A DNA stretch of 64,000 bases, from positions 25,048,001 through 25,112,000 of the forward strand of contig OX597815.1 in assembly GCA_951406725.2 (NCBI GenBank), written 5' to 3'. The notes below the pieces were generated by a model, which saw nothing but the letters and a program-made list of their open reading frames with translations, searched no databases and was not told where the DNA came from. The DNA is from Octopus vulgaris. Taxonomy: Eukaryota. This document shows, one piece after another, positions 40,408 to 53,293 of this stretch (positions are counted from its first letter, which is position 1; every line of letters begins with the position of its first letter). Made by a program: the position numbers and the translations under genes.

Positions 40408-42440
40408 TCATAAATTTCCTAATGCAAAAGGTGAGAACACTAAGAAGAGAGCTTATAGGAAGATGTAGATTCAAGGAAGTTATTTGCTACAACTGTCTTT
40501 CACACCACAAATGAGGCACTTTGTTCACTACAAATTCTGACTTTTTCAATTCTTTTTCCCACAACTAGCTCTTTAGAACTAATTTCAGCTCACATATGCA
40601 TCCATCTCCAACAGTTTAATCTGAATATCATCCACATCCGCTTACATGTCTAAGAAATCATGTAGTGGTTATGGGTACAACTCTGCTCTAATTAAAATAA
40701 TTTTAAAAGCTTATATTCATGAGATGGCAAATTAGATATCCTAAAAGATTTTGATTGACTCACATCTAAGAAAAAATAAACATTGTAGAAACTCCCCATC
40801 TCTTAGCTCTTAATTAATCTATGTAAAGTGTGTCCTGGGATTTGATAAGAGAAATGGCTTTCAACTGACATTTTCAGATCAAATCAAGCCCACCCTCCCC
40901 TCAGTATTGTTTTATCTAATGACAAGGTCACAGATTTATATATAGAGAGTAATGGGATTGTAAGATATTTTTGCCTTCCCTAGAATTTTAGATATATTAT
41001 AAAAGCAGAAACCAATACAAATCACTAACTAAATTCACCAAGAAACTTACTCATGTGGTAAGTAGCTTGTTTACTAACCACATGGTTCCAGGTTCAGTCC
41101 CACTGCGTGGCACCTTGGGCAAGTATCTTCTACTATAGCCTCGGGCCGACCAAAGCCTTGTGAGTAGATTTGGTAGATGGAAACTGAAAGAAGCCCATCG
41201 TATATATGTATATATATATATATATGTGTGTGCATGTATGTTTGTATGTCTGTGTTTGTCCCCCCAACATCGCTTGACAACAGATGCTGGTGTGTTTATG
41301 TCCCCATCACTTAGCGTTTCGGCAAAAAGAGACCAATAGAATAAGTACTAGGCTTACAAAGAAAAAGTCCTGGGATCGAGTTGCTCGATTAAAGGCGGTG
41401 CTCCAGCATGGCCGCAGTCAAATGACTGAAACAAGTAAAAGAGTAAAAGAGTAGAGTAAACAGTCCAATATTTCCACCATGTAACATAGGAGTAGAAAAC
41501 CTTCTTAGTATTACAGGTAAATTGTAAGTATATAAGAATCTGTAGAGGTGCATCTGTGCTCAGAATAATAGTAATTATTTAATTTTACAAATTCATGCAA
41601 AGCATCTTTGTGCTTCTTAGCGCTAAATGTCTGAATGAGATTTCTCAAGGCAAATATCACTGTAATTGCATAATTCTAACAATTCATCCATCTTAGGTAG
41701 GATATAAAGATTCTCATTCTTTATGAATTAATTTTTAGTCGTAAGGTTTCACCCATTTTTTTCACATAAGTTTTTAAGTACTGAGTCAGTGAGCACACTC
41801 AATGTGAAATGCAGGTGAAATTTCACCTGCAAGCTTTCTATCCTTAGTGATGAAATGATTTACATAACTTTAACATGTCCAAAAAGAATGTGACATTGTA
41901 AAACATTGTTTTTTATTCATTAGCCTTCCTTTTCATTTCTTTTCTCCCATTTTTTCATTTCATAACTTATTAAATGAGAGCATACCTTATTTTTTTTTTT
42001 TGATTATTCTATAATACCATGCCAGATGTAATTTTTTTTTTCAATCAAAAACTGAAAACTCTTACTATTTTGGTCTCCAACATTGATTTTATAATCTGAT
42101 TTTTACTGATTGTATTACATAACTAATACCCTGGAGAAGGCAATGCAACTTTATAACTTCATTGCTTTGCACTTAAATCAACATTTAGGTTGGTATGGGA
42201 TGGTATGGAGTTGTTTTTAGGCAGGCAATATATTTTTAGACTCAAAAATATAAAAATTGAATCATCTAATATTGCACAGGTAGTTTATAAATCGAAAATG
42301 TTCTCTTTGCATTTGGAATTTTCTTTATCTCATCTTTTTTGTGACATCAATAATTTGTCAGTAAGACATTTATCAAATTTTGAGTAAATATTGAACTTTT
42401 GAGATTTTCCTCTAGTAACATTATAACTATTACTTGAACA

Positions 42441-42444
<4 letters not shown>

Positions 42445-42472
<28 letters not shown>

Positions 42473-42880
42473 TGTTTAACATCCACTTTCCATGCTAGCA
42501 TTGGTTGGATGATTTGACTGATGGCTGCGAACCAGATGGCTGCACTAGGCTTCAATCTTGATCTAGCAGTTTCTACAGCTGGATGTCCTTCCTAATGCCA
42601 ACCACTCCGAGAGTGTAGTACTTTTATGTGCCACCGGCACGGGGCCAGTCAAGCAGTACTGGCAACGACCTCACTCGAATCTTTTACACATGCCACCTGC
42701 ACAGGTACCAGTAAGGCAATGCTGGTAACGATCATGCTCGAATGGTGTCTTTTACATGCCACCGGCACAGAGGCCAGATAGCCGCTCTGGTAATGATCAC
42801 GCAAGGATGGTGCTCTTAACACTCTACTAGCACGGAGCTCAAGTGCCAGTAAGGCAACGCTGGTAACGATCCATACTTCC
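42445..42880 (-). mobile_element. Family C short retroposon with (GAT)n tail; other copies at 43323-43570, 50692-51080, 52280-52495, 60590-60900, 61600-61880 and 63265-63590
   Basis: Shared CACTACACTC.CGGAGTGGTTGGCGTTAGGAAGGGCATCCAGCTGTAGAAAC...CCAACCCATGCTAGCATGGAAA.CGGACGTTAAACGATGATGAT, resembling an RTE-type 3' end. Confidence 0.8.
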
Positions 42881-43884
42881 AGGAACTTTCTGCTCAACTG
42901 CTTAACTGACTTCATATTTTCTGGCCATTCTATTATCCTTTCTGCCTGTTACTTCATTTTTTTTTTTTTCATTATTTAATGTGATATTTTTTACTGTTTA
43001 GATTTGAGTTTTTAAAGAAAACAGGGATGTTCTTTAATAAAATGCTTAAAACTGCTTTATAAATAAATATTCTGTGAAATCTTGATCTAATATAAGCCAT
43101 CTTACTATAGGGCTTCGTATCTACTAACTTTATTCAAAGATGTAGTATGTATGAAAAATAACTGCTTCAGTATTTATTCAATAGTTACATAGATAACATT
43201 TCAAACTATCCACTTCCAGTCTTTATCTGACATTCTTCTTCTTTATTATCAGTAAATGAACTTAACTATAGACTTTCTAATGATATTAGCTATTTTCTCT
43301 TCTTGGTATTTCATTGTTATTTCATCATCATCATAATCGTTTAACGTCCGTTTTCCATGCTAGCATGGGTTGGATGGTTCGACTGGGGTCTGGAAGCCAT
43401 CGAGGCTGCACCAGGCTCCAGTCTGATTTGGCAGTGTTTCTACAGCTGGATGCCCGTTCTAGCGCCAACCACTCCATGAGTGTAGAGGATGTTTTTTACG
43501 TGCTACCGGCACAAGGGCCAGAGCAGGCCCATTCGGATGGTGCTTTTTACGTGTCACTGGCACGGGTGTCTTAACTACAATTTGCACGGGTGTCTTAACT
43601 ACAATTTACTTGAATTAAAATAATAAGAAGAAACTAAAGAGCTTTTCACAATAGAGTTCACAAGTTTGAGCTCTGACAGACCAGTGAAATGTCTCAGTAG
43701 GGAGCAATGGTGGATAGACTGAATCCTTTGCTCAATTAAATGTTAATACCTTGTCCTTGGGTGCTTTAAGTAGAGTCCTTTGTTATAAGCATTTGGGCCA
43801 GGAATCTGATTTTATAACTTCTCTTCCTGTTGCTAGTCTTAGAGGTACTGAGAAATGTCATAGGCACTACCCTCCCTCCTTTAA

Positions 43885-44070
43885 CCCTTTCGTTACTGTA
43901 TTTATTTTGGGATGCTCTGTGTTTCTTTCAATTACTTTAAATATAACCAAGAATTTAGGAACATTAATTGTGACTAAGGTTTGGTGGAAGGTTTTAATTT
44001 AAAACTTATGAAATCAAAACATTTGTACTCAGAAACAGAGTCGGTTTCAGCCGGGTTGGTAATGAAAGGA
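43885..44070. mobile_element. piggyBac-like MITE (partial second copy at about 52495-52686)
   Basis: TTAA on both sides; TIRs CCCTTTCGTTAC and GTAATGAAAGGA. The homologous copy ends GGTATCAAAAGGG-TTAA at 52690. Confidence 0.75.
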
Positions 44071-44619
44071 TTAAGACATGTAAAAAAAAAACGTGACATG
44101 TAAACTCATTTGAATATTATATTATAGTTTCAGAATTTTGCTAGTCTTTATGTTCTGAGTTAGGTCAATTTTGCTTTTCAGAGTTGAAAAAATAGGTACC
44201 AGTTCAAGACTGGAGTCAATGTAATTGATTTTACTCCCCCACTAAAATTGCTGGCTTTGTGTCTAAATTTGAAAATAATATTATATCGTAGTTTTCAAAT
44301 TGAATTGCTTTTGTTTGATTTTTTTTTTTAATTACACTTTCCTTGGAATTTAATGATGGAATTTTTTTGCCTTCAATATATTTAGTTACCTTTTTCAATT
44401 AATAACTGATTATTTTTTTTTAACTATCCACTGGACAAAAGTTTTAATAATTGTGGCTAATTATTTTGTTAATTATGGGAGAATTAAAGACAAAATTGAC
44501 AGAAATTTGAACTGAGAACTAGATACAATAAAGCAACAAGATTAGCTTTTTTTAACCATCTTGATTGTCTCAACCTCTCATACTTTCTGTTAATATTAAA
44601 TAAGAAGAGGAAGGATAGG

Positions 44620-45270
44620 GCAGCAAGCTGGCACAATCATTTGCACAGCAGGCAAAATGCTTAGCAGCATTTCATTCATCTTTACGTTCTGAGTTCAAAT
44701 GCCACCAAGGTTAACTTTGCCTTTCATCTTTTGGGATCGTTAAAATAAGTGCCAGTTGAGCACTGGGGTTGATGTAATCAACTTACTCCCTTCTCCAAAA
44801 TTGCTGGCCTTGTGCCAAAATTTGAAACCACTATTAGATAACAAAGGAAGACAGTAAGCTGGCAGAATCATTAGAATACCAAGCAAAATGCTTAATGGCG
44901 AGCTGGCAGAATTGTTAGCACAGCAACTAAAATGCTTAGCAGTATTTCGTCCGTTCTTACGTTCTGAGTTCAAATTCCGCCAAGGTCGACTTTGCCTTTC
45001 ATCCTATCAGGGTCGATTAAATAAGTACCAGTTATGCACTGGGGTCGATATAATCGACTTAATCCATTTGTCTGTCCTTGTTTGTCCCTTCTGTGGGTAG
45101 TAAAGAAATAGGTATTTTTTCCTTCTTTACATTCTGAGTTCAAATTCTACCAAGGTCAACATTCATCATTTTAAGGTCAATAAATTAAGTACCAGTTGAA
45201 CACTGGATCAATGTAATCAATGAACTCCCTCCCCAGAAATTGCTGGCCTTGTGCCAAAATGTGAAACCAA
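44620..45270 (+). mobile_element. SINE family A cluster (CpG-decayed copies)
   Basis: Three or four family A cores in tandem or nested. Confidence 0.8.
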
Positions 45271-46127
45271 CATTAAATAAGTAGGAAAATAAAATCTATT
45301 CTAGAAATATTCCTTTAATAGAAAGATAATTTCATCTCTTATTTCAATGTTTTAATTAATTACCCATTTCATAGTGTGCTATAACCTTTGCACGCACTCA
45401 GCTATGCGTTTCTAGTAACTAGTTTGTATCTAGAATATCATTCCCATGTAATCCCATATTGAAAGATAAAAATCGTTTAAAAAGATTGTTGTAATCCATC
45501 AATGATATCAAGGTGCCAATCTCATGCCAGCTTTTCTGGCTAATCTGATACATTAAATTCCTTTCAGTATTCTGAAGATTACAACAGGAAATATAGTTTC
45601 AACCACTAAAAAAAAAAATTGCTTTACTATAATTTCATTTTGGGTCCTTTTTTCCTTTTTTCTTTTACCTCAGATATAATTTCCCTATATGTATTAAAGT
45701 TATACTACCTCTCAAAAATGTTCATTTACAAATAAATTGTCACCCTTTAATATAATTGGAATACTTTTGATGACAATTTCATTTAGATTATAGGATTGCC
45801 ATAAATTATTTCTTGATTTCTTTGCTGATAGTTGTTGAATAAAAGAGTTTCGATATTTTTATATCAGCCAGACTACATTTTTTTCCCTGAAAATCTATTA
45901 TTTTGTCATCAAATGAAACTTTAATTTCCTGAGCTTCATTCTACAATAAGGCCACTTATGTTTTAAACGTATAAATACGCTTCAGTATGCAAATTTTAAA
46001 AAAGATTTTCATGATGTTTTGAATTATCAGTAATATCTTAGTTGTTGACAAACTCATACCATTATGCAAATTAGCCAATTCTATACACTTATGAGCTGTT
46101 TTCATTCAATATCAAGGTAACAAGGTT

Positions 46128-46599
46128 TAAGGCGGCAAGCTGGCAGTATAGTTAGCACGCTGGGTGAAATGCTTAGCAGTATTTTGTCTGCTGCTACATT
46201 CTGAGTTCAAATTCCGCCGAGGTCGACTTTGCCTTTCATCCTTTCGGGGTCGATTAAATAAGTACTAGTTATGCACTCTGGTCGATATAATCGATTTAAT
46301 CCGTTTGTCTGTCCTTGTTTGTCCTCTCTGTGTTTAGCCCCTTGTGGGTAGTAAAGAAATAGGTTTAAGGCGGTGAGCTGGCAGAATCGTTAGCATGCTG
46401 GGCGAAATGCTTTGCGGTATTTCATCTGTCGTTATGTTCTGAGTTCAAATTCCATCGAGGTCGACTTTACCTTTAATCCTTTCGGGGTCGATAAATAAAG
46501 TACCAGTTTCACACTGGGATCGATGTAATCGACTTAATCCTTTTGTCTGTCCTTGTTTGTTTCCTCTATGTTTTGCCCCTTGTGGGCAATAAAAGAAAT
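46128..46599 (+). mobile_element. SINE family A dimer with 19-bp TSD
   Basis: ATATCAAGGTAACAAGGTT at 46109-46127 and 46600-46618. Confidence 0.9.
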
Positions 46600-47699
46600 A
46601 TATCAAGGTAACAAGGTTAAAAATATATTCTGGCAGGTATTTTTTATGAATAAAACAAAAATGTAATTTGATGCCCATGAGTGGATTATAGCTTTCAAAT
46701 CTTATTCTATTGTAAGATTATATCTGCTTTAGATATATAAATATGTTTTAATATTGTTATATTTTAGGATGGTCATTTTTCTCTAGTCAAATAAACGCAC
46801 ATGGAGGCACATGGCCTAGTGGCTAGAGCAGCGGATTCGCGGTTGAGGGATCGCGGGTTCGAATCTCAGACCGGGCGATGTGTGTGTTTATGAGCGAAAC
46901 ACCTAAGCTCCACGCGGCTCTTTCACCACAACTTTCTCTCACTCTTTCCTCCTGCATCTTGCAGCTCACCTGCGATGAACTGGTGTCCCATTCAGGTGGG
47001 GAACCTATACGCCAAGGAAACCGGGAAACCGGCCCTTATGAGCCAGACATGGCATGAGAGGGAACAAACAAATAAACACACACACTACATATTCATTCTT
47101 CACTTATTTATTGCTGTTCTTATTGTATGTCCATTATCTGGAAATTTTTCATCACACACCTGTAACCTCTTCAGCAACTTTCTATCCCATGTGTCTCCTC
47201 CTGTTCTGTTTAACAATGTATTTAAAGTTTTACTTCTGTCTCAAGTTTCACAGTGAAAAAACTTCAGATTTCAGAAGATTGGGCATTTTGGCATAGAAAT
47301 GGTCAGCCTGCAACACTTCACAAATCAAATAATCTCTGACTTCTTTGATTCATTCTTGGGTTGTGGGTTAAAGCCAACAGAGGAAAAATAGATAAATGGA
47401 AATTTTCTGAAATACTTGAACATGTGATTAACTTCTCCCAGCTTTATCAGCAAAATAACTATCATTCACTTTAATTTTATTCTAATCCAAGTGTATCAAT
47501 GTTATCATTTTGCATCATTTTCTCTCTTTCTGAAAAGGAAACAACATAAACCCTTGTTTTTCTTTGCTTTAACTGACGTAGGACAGTGTAATCCCAGTGT
47601 CTGCACTGACAATGCACAATATGTTGAAACTGGATCATCTGCAAATTTAGAGATCACTGATTAAGGAAAAATATATTAGCTTGAATTAATTTTTTTTTT

Positions 47700-48315
47700 T
47701 ACTTGTTTCAGTCATTTGACTGTGGCCATGCTGGATCACCGCCTTTAGTCAAGCAAATCGACCCCAGGACTTATTCTTTGTAAGCCTAGTACTTATTCTA
47801 TCGGTCTCTTTTGCCGAACTGCTAAGTTACGGGAACGTAAACACACCAGCATTGGTTGTCAAGCGATGTTGAGAGGACAAACACAGACACACAAACATAC
47901 ACACACATACACACACATATTTATATATAAAGCACCATCCAATTGTGGCCCTTTGCTAGCCTCGTCTGGCACCTGTGCTGGTGGCAGGTAACAAGCATCC
48001 ACTACACTCACGGAGTGGTTGGCGTTAGGAAGGGCATCCAGCTGTAGAAACACTGCCAGATCAGACTGGGCCTGGTGCAGCCTTCTGGCTTCCCAGACCC
48101 CAGTTGAACCGTCCATGGAAAGCGGATGTTAAACGATGATGATGATGATGACGACAGGCTTCTTTCAGTTTCCATCAACCAAATCCACTCACAGTGCTTT
48201 GGTCAGCCTGAGGCTATAGTAGAAGACACTTGCCCAAGGTGCCACACAGTGGGACTGAACCCAGAACCATGTGGCTGGTAAGCAAGGTATTTACCACACA
48301 GCCACTCCTACGCCT
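47700..48315 (-). mobile_element. SINE family B (minus) with a nested family C copy (about 47930-48152)
   Basis: The B tail and head are split by family C sequence ending in (GAT)n. Confidence 0.8.
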
Positions 48316-48498
48316 ACTAATTACTTGTTTGTAACAACTTGAAAAAAAAAAAAGAAAAAGCATTCATTATGTGCTTTTCTTCTCTGCATAAAATGAATAA
48401 ATCAGCTGCTATAAACAGCACGGTTTTATTTCTTCTCCTCTATAAAACAGAAAATTTACATTAATGCATGAAAATTGTTTCTTCTTTTATTTTCCCAG

Positions 48499-48599
48499 GA
48501 AGAAACACATAAAGTACAGCAGTCAAACTCTTTCTAAGAAAACAGCAAATATGTTTCGCAGACCTCCGCTTGTTGGTACATTTTCATTGCCCTATGATG
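48499..48599 (+). CDS. DNase I-like gene, exon C (R-KKHIKYSSQTLSKKTANMFRRPPLVGTFSLPYD)
   Basis: Acceptor ttttcccAG (48497-48498), donor G|GTaagt (48600); 101 nt, phase 2 to 1. FRRPPLVGTF corresponds to the DNase I F-x-REP-x-x-V-x-F segment. Confidence 0.85.
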
Positions 48600-49099
48600 G
48601 TAAGTTTTAGAATTTGGAATTTTTAAAACAGATTTTTTGCATTTCCTTGTAAGTTGCTGTATGACACAAACAAACACACACACACATGCACACGCATGCA
48701 CGTGCACATGTGCACATACTCACACATACAATCTGACTTATCATAGCATCAAAAATATTTTTGCTGCTTGATGGGTCACAAGTAGTGAAAATGTCGGAGT
48801 AATGACTCAATGTTTACTATGAACTTCAAATGAACACATAAACTCTACTACAAGCACTGTTTTTCTTCCATTTATACATCTCAGCAAGTGTGCATATGTG
48901 TGCATGTCTGTGTGTACAAGTGTGTGTATGTGTGTGTATGTATGTATGTATGTATGTATGTATGTATGTATGTATGTGTGTGTATGTATGTATGCATGTA
49001 TGCATGTAATTAGTAAATTAGAAATTAAGTAACACACACACACAGACACACACATTTTTTCCCTTTCTTTAAGTTATGATTTTTCTTCCTATTTTTCAG

Positions 49100-49361
49100 A
49101 TATAACTGAAGTGACAGTCATTGGTATTCACGTGGATTCAGATAATGTAAAGGAGGAAATGGATTCACTTGTTGAAGTAATAAATGAGCTGGATAAGAAA
49201 GTTAGTCAGAAAAATTTTGTCATCATGGGTACACTGAACACAGATTGCCAATACTGCAACACTGAATGCAAAAAAGATCTACTGATGGTGAAGGATAAGA
49301 ATTACAAGTGGTTGATCTCTAATGATACAACAATTGAGGATAACAGCTGTGCTTTTGACCA
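49100..49361 (+). CDS. DNase I-like gene, exon D (DITEVTVIGIHVDSDNVKEEMDSL...FVIMGTLNTDCQYC...YKWLISNDTTIEDNSCAFD-Q)
   Basis: Acceptor atttttcAG (49098-49099), donor CA|GTgagt (49362); 262 nt, phase 1 to 2. Contains IGIH (H134), MGTLNTDC (compare MGDFNAGC) and WLI..DTT....CAFD (compare WLIPDSADTT...CAYD). Overlaps track ORF 49111..49365. Confidence 0.93.
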
Positions 49362-49404
49362 GTGAGTATGGCTAATTGATTTTTTTTCCAATTTCAGGTC
49401 TCTT

Positions 49405-50275
49405 TACTCTTTAACTCTTTTACTTGTTTCAGTCACTTGACTGTGGCCATGCTGGAGCACCGCCTTTAGTCGAGCAAATTGACCCCGGGACTTATTCTTT
49501 GTAAGCCCAGTACTTATTCTATCGGTCTCTTTTGCCGAACCGCTAAGTGACGGGGACGTAGACACACCAGCATCGGTTGTCAAGCAATGCTAGAGGGACA
49601 AACACAGACACACAAACGTATACACACACATACATATATATATATATATACATATATACGACAGGCTTCTTTCAGTTTCCGTCTTCCAAATCCACTCACA
49701 AGGCTTTGGTCGGCCCGGGGCTATAGCAGAAGACACATGCCCAAGATGCCACGCAGTGGGACTGAACCCGGAACCATGTGGTTGGTTAGCATGCTACTTA
49801 CCACACAGCCACTCCTGCGCCTATTGAACTTTCTTTTTCCCAAGATGCAGGTGTGGCTGTGAGGCAAAAAAGTTTGCTTCTCAACCATAGTTCTAGGTTC
49901 AGTCCCACTGTGTGACACCTTAAGCAAGTGTCTTCTACTATAGCCTCGGGTCGACCAATGCCTTGTTAGTGGATTTGGTAGATGGAAACTAAAAGTAGCC
50001 TGTCATAATTATGTGTTTCGTGCATGTGTGTGTATGTGTGTGTGTGTCTTTGTGTCTGTGTTTGTCCCTCACCAATGCTGGACAACCAGTGTTGGTTCAT
50101 TTACGTCCCCCCTAATTTAGCAGTTTGGTAAAAAAAGAAAAAAAAGACTGATAGAATAAGTACCAGGCTTTAAAAAATACCTACTGGAGTCAATCCACTT
50201 GATTTGACTACTTCAAGGTAGTGCCCCAGCATGGCTGCAGTATAATGACTGAAACAAGTAAAAGATTAAAAGATT
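49405..50275. mobile_element. Head-to-head pair of full-length family B SINEs (49405-49822 minus, about 49843-50275 plus)
   Basis: Reverse-complement copies separated by about 20 nt, starting about 45 nt after the exon D donor. Confidence 0.88.
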
Positions 50276-51933
50276 AACTAAATTTGCAATGTTCCTTCAT
50301 TTCACGTCATATAATTCTTTTCTACTCTATGCACAAGGCCCAAAAGTTTGGTGGGAGGGGGCCAATTGAAATCTGGAATATTCTTGGGTTTCAAGCCTAT
50401 CTGAAGAAAATATGTGGAGGCCACTCCAGTGTACATATTTTCTCTTCTTGATTTTCAGTTCTGGTGATTGCACTTCCTGTCATTATATATGTAGACCACA
50501 TGTTAAAGAGTGCAGTCATTGCTCTATGATTAAGAAGGTTGCATTTAACTACACAGCTACTGTGTGATACATACATATTTTATCTATTTCACTACTGTTA
50601 CCATATTGTGTGATAGTAAACTTGAGCTTATTCTTGTTGCTATTGTTATCAGAGTTGAGACTGAGGCTTTTGATCAGTAGAGAATATGAGTTCATCATCA
50701 TCATCATCGTTTAACGTCCACTTTCCATGCTAGCATGGGTTGGACGATTTTGACTGAGGGCTGGCGAACCAGATGGCTGTACCAGGCTCCAATCTTGATC
50801 TGGCAGAGTTTCTACAGCTGGATGCCATTCCTAATGCCAACCACTCTGAGAGTGTAGTGGGTGCTTTTTACATGCCACCAGCACGGGGGCCAGTCTGGCG
50901 GTACTCGCAACGACCTCGCTCGAATCTTTTTACACATGCCACTGGCACAGGTGCTAGTAAGGCAGTAAGGCAATGCTGGTAACAATCACACTCGAAAGGT
51001 GCCTTTTACGTGCCATCGGCACAGAAGCTAGTTAGCCACTCTGGCAACGATCATGCTCAGATGGTGCTCTTGGCACCCTACTTCAGTTCTGTATATTAAT
51101 AAATCTCTCCTCAATTATTCAGCGGCCTACACTACTTACAAGGAGTTATCTGTCCTTAACTTTATGGTACATAGAATAATAACTGAAGTGGGAGAAAGGA
51201 AATTTCTCAGACTTCTTCTTCATGAACCATACATAGTTAATAGACAGACATTTAAATGCATATTAGCTCCTGCTTAATTTGATAGTAGAGTGTCATTGTA
51301 GCTGAGGACCATTGAAATTTAAGTGTCTTTGAAGCCAATGATGACAAGAGATATGAACTGTTGACCTTTCAACCAATAGTGAGCCATTCAACTGTCTCCT
51401 TATCTCACTATATTGCTACTAAAAGAAAACTAGCCAATGTGCATGACTCTACACCAGGTTGCTGTTTCAGAACATTTTATGGTACCTACCCATTTTAGCA
51501 AATCATTAAATCTCCACAGCACAAATTTTTAATATCTTTTATTTTTGAATATAAAAACAATTTATTCCCATTTGGCACACTTAACATTTGATACTTTTCT
51601 TATGAAAATATTTCTTAGTTTTTGTTCACAGTACAAGTTGTGTTATTGTCTTTAAGCTTATGGTTTATTTTTTACGTTTTACTTATTTATTATTGGTCTA
51701 TTCTGGGGCACTGCTTTGAAAGATTTATTTGAGCAAATTGACCCTTGGCTTTATATTCAAGTCTGGTACTTATTTTATCAGTAGCTTTTGTTGAACTGCT
51801 AAGTTAGAGGGACATAACAAACCTACACCAGCTGTCAAATGGTGGAGGAGGACAAATAAAAACCATGAAATACACAAACATACATATATGTTTCTATGTA
51901 GTTACATATCATCATCATATATATATATATATC

Positions 51934-51973
<40 letters not shown>

Positions 51974-52002
51974 TAGATATATACACATGCATATATATAC
52001 AT

Positions 52003-52275
52003 ATAGGTTGAGTAAAATGTAAGCAGCGTTTCGAACCATGAAGAATTTGTACCAGATTTTTGCAGTTTTTAACTTTTTAATACATTTTTTTGCAATTGTC
52101 TGATTATACAGACACAGACTTGCCCAAATGCAACAATAAATTAACATTGATATATTTTTCACCGTTGTTACAATCATCTGAAATGGAACTGTCAGAGTGC
52201 AATATTCAAGCAATTTTGCTATTCAACTTCAAAAAAGGACGTAGAGCAGCTAAAACTGCTCACGGTATCAATGAG
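52003..52275 (+). mobile_element. Mariner 5' fragment
   Basis: MELSECNIQAILLFNFKKGRRAAKTAHGINE resembles a mariner N-terminal HTH. Truncated by a SINE. Confidence 0.55.
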
Positions 52276-52765
52276 AGTGGTCAGCTCAAAAATGGCCTGA
52301 CTGGCTCCTGTGTCGGTGGTACATAAAAAGCACCCACTACACTCTGAGAGTGGTTGGCATTAGGAAGGGCATCCAGCTGTAGAAACATTGCCCGATCAGA
52401 CTGTAGCCTGGTGCAGCCACTGGCTCTCCAGACCTCAGTCAAACCGTCAAACCCATGCCAACATGGAAAACGGACATTAAACGATAATGATGATACTCTG
52501 TGTTCCTTTCAATTAATTTTAAATATAACAAAGAATTTAGTAAAATAACTTAGCTATTATTAAGCTAGTGTTAGGAACATAAATTGTGACTATGTTTGGT
52601 GGAAGATTTTAATTCAGAACTTTTGAAAACAAGACATTTGTACTACAGAGTCAGAGGTGGTTTCAAGCAGGCTGGTATCAAAAGGGTTAAACAAAATATT
52701 TCTAATTTACAAGTAACTTCAACTTTTATTATCAGTTCTTACTCAATGTCTGTATTCTTTCACAG

Positions 52766-52859
52766 GGCAATTATAACTGGCAGCAATTTGAAACGTATAG
52801 TTCAAAATGCTGGTTCTGTCTTCCAGTTTGATAAAGAATATAAACTTTCAGCACAAATG
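52766..52859 (+). CDS. DNase I-like gene, exon E (Q-AIITGSNLKRIVQNAGSVFQFDKEYKLSAQM)
   Basis: Acceptor ttctttcacAG (52764-52765), donor ATG|GTgagt (52860); 94 nt, phase 2 to 0. Aligns to DNase I IVVAGMLLRGAVVPDSALPFNFQAAYGLSDQL. Confidence 0.88.
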
Positions 52860-52935
52860 GTGAGTTACAAAGCTTTGCATTTCTTAAAATATTGATTATA
52901 TTGTTTTTGTTTGAAATAGTCTTAAGATTCCTTTG

Positions 52936-53293
52936 TAGTTAGTCAGTTAGTTAGTTAATTTTTTGGCTCAAAAAGCAAAAAGCAAGGCCATGTAGGGGGA
53001 CATGGAGTTATGTACTGGGTGGTGTTCATGTAAAGAGTTCAGGCCACTTGTGGTCAAGGGAGACTTTGAACCGAGCGGTCATCGGCATCTTCACTATCTC
53101 GTCCGGCAGCTTATTCCACGGATCCACAACCCAGACGGAGAAAGCCCCTCTCCTTCGATTGAGAAGAAATCGCCGCAGATAGAGCTTTTCGGAGTGACTC
53201 CACAGCCGACGCTCTGGAGCAGGAGTGAAGAACAGCTCTTTCGAGAGGTTACACTTTCCACTTATGATGTTGTGAGCAAGAATGAGATCACCA
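52936..53293 (-). mobile_element. CR1/L2-type LINE 3' fragment
   Basis: Minus-strand GDLILAHNIISG...HSEKLY...FSVWVVDPWNKLPDEIV...FKVSLD..* (stop at 53026-53028), followed by a (TAAC)n-like tail. Confidence 0.8.
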
